64,000 bases of DNA from Pseudomonadota bacterium (GTDB taxonomy: Bacteria > Pseudomonadota > Alphaproteobacteria > UBA828). The notes under the pieces are model-generated. The model searched no databases, was not told the DNA's origin, and saw only the letters and a program-made list of their open reading frames with translations. Each line of letters opens with the position of its first letter. Position 1 is the first letter of the stretch. The stretch spans positions 1,269 to 65,268 of the forward strand of contig JAQBTG010000006.1 of assembly GCA_027624955.1 (NCBI GenBank). The letters run 5' to 3'. The position numbers and the translations under genes are program-made. Shown here in pieces: positions 60,243-64,000 of this stretch.

Positions 60243-60547
60243 CGAACGCCGCTGCGGCCTATGCGTCGCGCCAACTCGGCAACAGTTCCGCGACGAACGC
60301 GGCTTCCAGCGAAGGCGCGGGTTCCGCTGGTGGAGATTTTTCCAATCTGGTGAAGTCGGCCGTGAACGAGGCGGCGGCGACAACTCGCACCAGCGAGATG
60401 GTCAGCGCCCAAGCGCTGGTAAATCCGGGCGACCTGGGCTCGGTGGTCACAGCCGTGACCAGCGCGGAAATTACGATGCAGGCGGTGATCGCGGTGCGCG
60501 ACAAGGTGGTTCCTGCATACCAAGATATCCTGCGCATGCCCATCTGA
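60227..60547 (+). CDS. fliE: Flagellar hook-basal body complex protein FliE
   Basis: GDFSNLVKSAVNE...AVTSAEITMQAVIAVRDKVVPAYQDILRMPI. AGGAGG lies 10 nt upstream of ATG 60227. Confidence 0.88.
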   Translation: MDIKIANAAAAYASRQLGNSSATNAASSEGAGSAGGDFSNLVKSAVNEAAATTRTSEMVSAQALVNPGDLGSVVTAVTSAEITMQAVIAVRDKVVPAYQDILRMPI

Positions 60548-60563
60548 CGGCGGGTTATCCACC

Positions 60564-60830
60564 GTGAACACCACCGACGTAATCGATGTCGGCCGCGAGG
60601 CCATCTATGCGTTGCTCAAGATGGGCGGTCCTGTGATGGCGATCGCCCTCGTCGTCGGCCTGCTCGTCGCCTTGTTTCAGGCGCTGACACAAATCCAGGA
60701 GATGACGCTCACTTTCGTACCCAAAATCGTCGTCATCTTTCTTGCCGTTTTGGTTTTGTTGCCCTTCATGATCTCGACTCTCACGACCCTTACGCAAGGG
60801 CTGTTCGAAAGAATCGCCACCGTCGGTTGA
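60564..60830 (+). CDS. fliQ: Flagellar export apparatus protein FliQ
   Basis: 88 aa with two TM helices and QALTQIQEMTLTFVPKI. The start codon is GTG. Confidence 0.9.
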   Translation: MNTTDVIDVGREAIYALLKMGGPVMAIALVVGLLVALFQALTQIQEMTLTFVPKIVVIFLAVLVLLPFMISTLTTLTQGLFERIATVG

Positions 60831-60843
60831 TGCGGCGGGCGCT

Positions 60844-61608
60844 ATGCTGAGCGGCTTTCTCCAGGGCGAGCTTTTCGCCTTTTTCTTGGTATTTTCGCGC
60901 ATCGGTGCGGGCATGATGCTGCTTCCCGGATTCGGTGAAACATATGTTTCGCCGCGATTTCGCTTGCTCCTCGCGCTCGCAATTTCTTTCGTGGTCACAC
61001 CGCTGGTGAGTGCCGGCCTACCGGCCATGCCGAGTGGAATTCTGGCGCTCTTTATCATGCTCATCGGCGAGATCGTCGTCGGGCTGTTTCTTGGCGCCGC
61101 GGGACGTCTTATGTTGGTTGTTCTGCAAACCACCGGCTTTCTAGTCGCCCAGGCGACCAATTTGGCTGCGGCGCAGGTCTTCGATCCCACCCAGGGAACG
61201 CAAGGTACGCTCACGGGTAATTTTCTCGGCATCATGGGCGTGTTGCTAATTTTTATCACCAACCTGCACCATATGATGCTCGGCGCCTTAATCCGCAGCT
61301 ATGAGGTGTTTCCCTCCGGCGCCACGCCGCCGACAGATGATTTCGCCCATATGGCCACGCGCTTGGTCGGCGATGGCGTTGAACTGGCGCTTCAGCTCTC
61401 CGCGCCTGTTCTCCTGTTCGCGCTTATCTTCCAGGTTGGGCTCGGCCTGATGGCACGGCTGATGCCGCAGATGCATGTGTTCTTCGTTGGCATGCCGCTA
61501 CAAATCATGCTCGGTTTCGCCGTCTTCGCGATGTCCCTCGGTGCCATGATGACATGGTATCTGGACCGCTTTGTCCGACCGTTCACTGTCATTCTCAGTG
61601 GAGGGTGA
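60844..61608 (+). CDS. fliR: Flagellar export apparatus protein FliR
   Basis: A 254-aa polytopic protein with FFLVFSRIGAGMMLLPGFG and typical FliR organisation. Confidence 0.88.
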   Translation: MLSGFLQGELFAFFLVFSRIGAGMMLLPGFGETYVSPRFRLLLALAISFVVTPLVSAGLPAMPSGILALFIMLIGEIVVGLFLGAAGRLMLVVLQTTGFLVAQATNLAAAQVFDPTQGTQGTLTGNFLGIMGVLLIFITNLHHMMLGALIRSYEVFPSGATPPTDDFAHMATRLVGDGVELALQLSAPVLLFALIFQVGLGLMARLMPQMHVFFVGMPLQIMLGFAVFAMSLGAMMTWYLDRFVRPFTVILSGG

Positions 61609-61611
61609 GGC

Positions 61612-62700
61612 ATGGCCGATGAACAAGACCAATCACAAAAAACAGAAGACCCAACTTTAAAGAAACTCGACGACGCGCGTAAAAAAGGCCAGGGCGTCAA
61701 CTCGCGCGAGATCACCAATCTGTTCATGCTGGTGGCGGCGGCGATCGTCGTGGCCGTGGTTCTGCCGGGCGTTATGGGAGACATCACAACCTCAATGCGG
61801 CCGTTTATCGCTGAGCCACATTTGATGAAGATCGGTGATGCCGAAGCGCCAGGTGGGCTCGCGAAAGTGGGTACCAGTATGCTGGGTGCCCTGGCTGCGC
61901 CACTCGGGATTTTCGTGGTCGCCGCTCTAGCGGCCGGGCTGGTACAGCGCGGGTTTAATGTCTCTGCCGAATCGATGAAACCGGAGTTAAAAAAAATCTC
62001 GCCGCTCAAAGGGCTCAAGCGCATGTTCTCGATGCGCTCGTTCACCGAGTTCGCTAAAGGCGTTGCCAAGCTGGTGATCGTCGGTGCGGTCGGCGTGGCC
62101 ACGATTATGCCCGAAATGGACGGCTTGGAGCTGCTGACCAGCGTGTCGACCCTGCAATTTATTGAGCGAATTCATGATTTGGTTCTTCGCCTGCTGGTCG
62201 GTGTGTGTTCAATCTTGGCGCTTATTGCCGGCCTCGATTATCTCTATCAGCGTTTCGAGTTCATGAAGCAGATGCGGATGTCCCGCCAGGAGATCAAGGA
62301 CGAGTACAAACAGGCCGAAGGAGATCCAGCGATCAAAGGAAAAATCCGCCAGCTCCGTCAGGAGCGGTCGCGCACCCGCATGATGTCTGCCGTGCCCAAC
62401 GCTGATGTGGTAATAACCAATCCGACACATTTTGCCGTCGCCCTAAAATACGATTCCAACAACATGAATGCGCCGGTGCTAGTCGCGAAAGGTGCTGATT
62501 TAGTGGCCAAGCGCATGCGCGAAATTGCCGAGGAAAGCAACGTGCCGATCGTGCGCAATCCACCATTAACGCGCGCGCTCTACGCCACCGGCGAGCTCGA
62601 TCGGGAAATCCCTCTCGATCATTATAAAGCGGTTGCCGAGGTGATCGGCTATGTCTGGCGTCTTAAGGGAAAACTGAGGCAAGATGGGTCCCAAGCATGA
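61612..62700 (+). CDS. flhB: Flagellar export apparatus protein FlhB
   Basis: QDQSQKTEDPTLKKLDDARKKGQ, an autocleavage NPTH site (ITNPTHFAVAL) and PIVRNPPLTRALY. Confidence 0.94.
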   Translation: MADEQDQSQKTEDPTLKKLDDARKKGQGVNSREITNLFMLVAAAIVVAVVLPGVMGDITTSMRPFIAEPHLMKIGDAEAPGGLAKVGTSMLGALAAPLGIFVVAALAAGLVQRGFNVSAESMKPELKKISPLKGLKRMFSMRSFTEFAKGVAKLVIVGAVGVATIMPEMDGLELLTSVSTLQFIERIHDLVLRLLVGVCSILALIAGLDYLYQRFEFMKQMRMSRQEIKDEYKQAEGDPAIKGKIRQLRQERSRTRMMSAVPNADVVITNPTHFAVALKYDSNNMNAPVLVAKGADLVAKRMREIAEESNVPIVRNPPLTRALYATGELDREIPLDHYKAVAEVIGYVWRLKGKLRQDGSQA

Positions 62701-62725
62701 TAGGAATTGAGTTCGGTATGGCGCG

Positions 62726-64000
62726 ATGACTTGGGTTTTTGGTTTGGGTGCGGCCCTGGGTGCGGCGGCATTGGTCATCGCCGCACTGGTGCCGCCGGCC
62801 GGGGCAGCGTTATGGCCTGGCCTCATCCTGCTGTGTAGTGTGACGGGCTTCGTTTTGTTCCGGCATGTGCGCCACGACGCGAAATTTTCCCAACTTGCCG
62901 GTGGCACTGTCCTGCCGTTGCCAGCCGCCGACGGCGCCACGCCATTCAATACACCGTCAGAAAATTCGCGTGAAAGTTTGCTTGCGGCACTGTTGGACGG
63001 CACGCCGTCAGGCGCCTATGCAGCTACGGGCGACGGCCGGCTGATCTACGTCAATGAAACATTGGCGCGTGCCTTCGGCAAAGAACCCAGCGAATTGGTC
63101 GCCGAATGCGATGGTTTGACGCCCTATATTTGCGGTAATGGGGACGGGTGGCAGCCCGGCCGGGCGCTGGTCAACGGCGCTGCCGAGGGCGACCGGGAAA
63201 TTATGCTGACCTTGCCGGGCGGCGGCGCGTCGCCCGTTGCGGCGAAAGTCCATGAGTGGCACCCCGTTGGTACCATCGGCACTGCCCAGCAACCGGCGGA
63301 GATCGCTACTGTGCTGGGTATCGTTAATTTGGCCAAAGTGTTTGAAGTGGTTGTGCCGGCCGAATTGACACAGCAGTTCCATCACCTTTTTGACGGCGTG
63401 CCGATCGGCATTGGGGTTCTCGACCGTGACGGCGCGCTCGTGGAATATAATGAGGCGTTGGAGCGTCTGGTAAATGTGCCGCCCGGCAGTTCGAGCGGCA
63501 GGAAGATCGTCGAGTTCATCGCCGCGGCGGAGCGCCCCGGAGTCGAGCAGGCGCTCGAAGCGATTCTGGCCGACCAACCTGTCGATCTGCCGCTCGAAGT
63601 TCATATCGAAGGCAAAGGCGGGCGAGTCGCCGCGCTGTTTGCCAGCCGAATCGAGAAAGCGGCAGGGGACCAATCCGAAATCATCGTTCACGCGGTCGAT
63701 ACGACGGATCAAAAAAACCTCGAATTGCAATTTTCCCAGGCCCAAAAGATGCAGGCCGTCGGCCAGCTCGCTGGCGGCATCGCACATGATTTCAATAATT
63801 TACTGACCGCGATCATCGGATTTTGCGATTTGCTTTTGATGCGCCATCAGGCCGGCGATCATTCTTTCTCCGATATCATGCAAATCAAGCAAAACTCCAA
63901 CCGCGCGGCGAATTTGGTTCGCCAATTGCTGGCCTTTTCGCGCCAACAAACCCTGAAGCCCGAAGTTCTCTCGATCACAGATATGCTCGCCGATTTGACC
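62726..64000 (+). CDS. cckA: CckA-like PAS/histidine kinase (3' end outside the window)
   Basis: The frame is open from ATG 62726 to the window edge. It encodes two TM helices and PAS-like regions. The H-box [65 protein letters not shown] is very close to the CckA dimerisation/phosphoacceptor region. Confidence 0.75.
   Translation, partial: MTWVFGLGAALGAAALVIAALVPPAGAALWPGLILLCSVTGFVLFRHVRHDAKFSQLAGGTVLPLPAADGATPFNTPSENSRESLLAALLDGTPSGAYAATGDGRLIYVNETLARAFGKEPSELVAECDGLTPYICGNGDGWQPGRALVNGAAEGDREIMLTLPGGGASPVAAKVHEWHPVGTIGTAQQPAEIATVLGIVNLAKVFEVVVPAELTQQFHHLFDGVPIGIGVLDRDGALVEYNEALERLVNVPPGSSSGRKIVEFIAAAERPGVEQALEAILADQPVDLPLEVHIEGKGGRVAALFASRIEKAAGDQSEIIVHAVDTTDQKNLELQFSQAQKMQAVGQLAGGIAHDFNNLLTAIIGFCDLLLMRHQAGDHSFSDIMQIKQNSNRAANLVRQLLAFSRQQTLKPEVLSITDMLADLT

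Noticed and set aside
63008-63787. 259-aa minus-strand ORF at the end of the window
   Set aside because: The plus strand here carries an uninterrupted frame with PAS and H-box (AHDFNN) motifs of a CckA-like kinase. The minus-strand ORF is its shadow.

Overview
Chromosomal window from a GC-rich (roughly 60% by eye) alphaproteobacterium. This is inferred from gene content: class I LysRS, DivK- and CckA-like cell-cycle regulators, a ZauP-ZapA pair, and ruvCAB-ybgC-tolQRAB-pal-cpoB-tilS-ftsH-folP-glmM synteny. Most of the window is tightly packed housekeeping DNA: alaS, icd, tkt, zauP-zapA-(6S RNA)-5-FCL-ymdB, yebC-ruvCAB, the complete Tol-Pal cluster, tilS, ftsH, folP, glmM, thiD, ctaA, lysK and a DinG-like helicase. 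It ends with a flagellar cluster, flgB-flgC-fliE-fliQ-fliR-flhB, followed by a 3'-truncated cckA-like kinase. The accessory-looking parts are: (1) a type I secretion pair (ABC + HlyD) next to a 1143-aa composite RTX exoprotein, preceded by a small membrane protein-divK operon; (2) two Sel1-repeat proteins, a stand-alone Lon-like AAA+ protease, a stand-alone protoglobin and an orphan Rap1a-like periplasmic protein. I saw no tRNA, rRNA, CRISPR array, IS element or integrase. The most notable observations are the unusual RTX exoprotein architecture, an unannotated 6S RNA candidate in the zapA/5-FCL spacer, an in-frame TAA inside a TipF-like degenerate EAL gene, and an flgC lacking its conserved C-terminal region. 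I cannot point to a clear-cut novel multi-gene system. The T1SS/RTX locus is the best candidate, and all domain calls rest on motif recognition by eye, so they need HMM confirmation.
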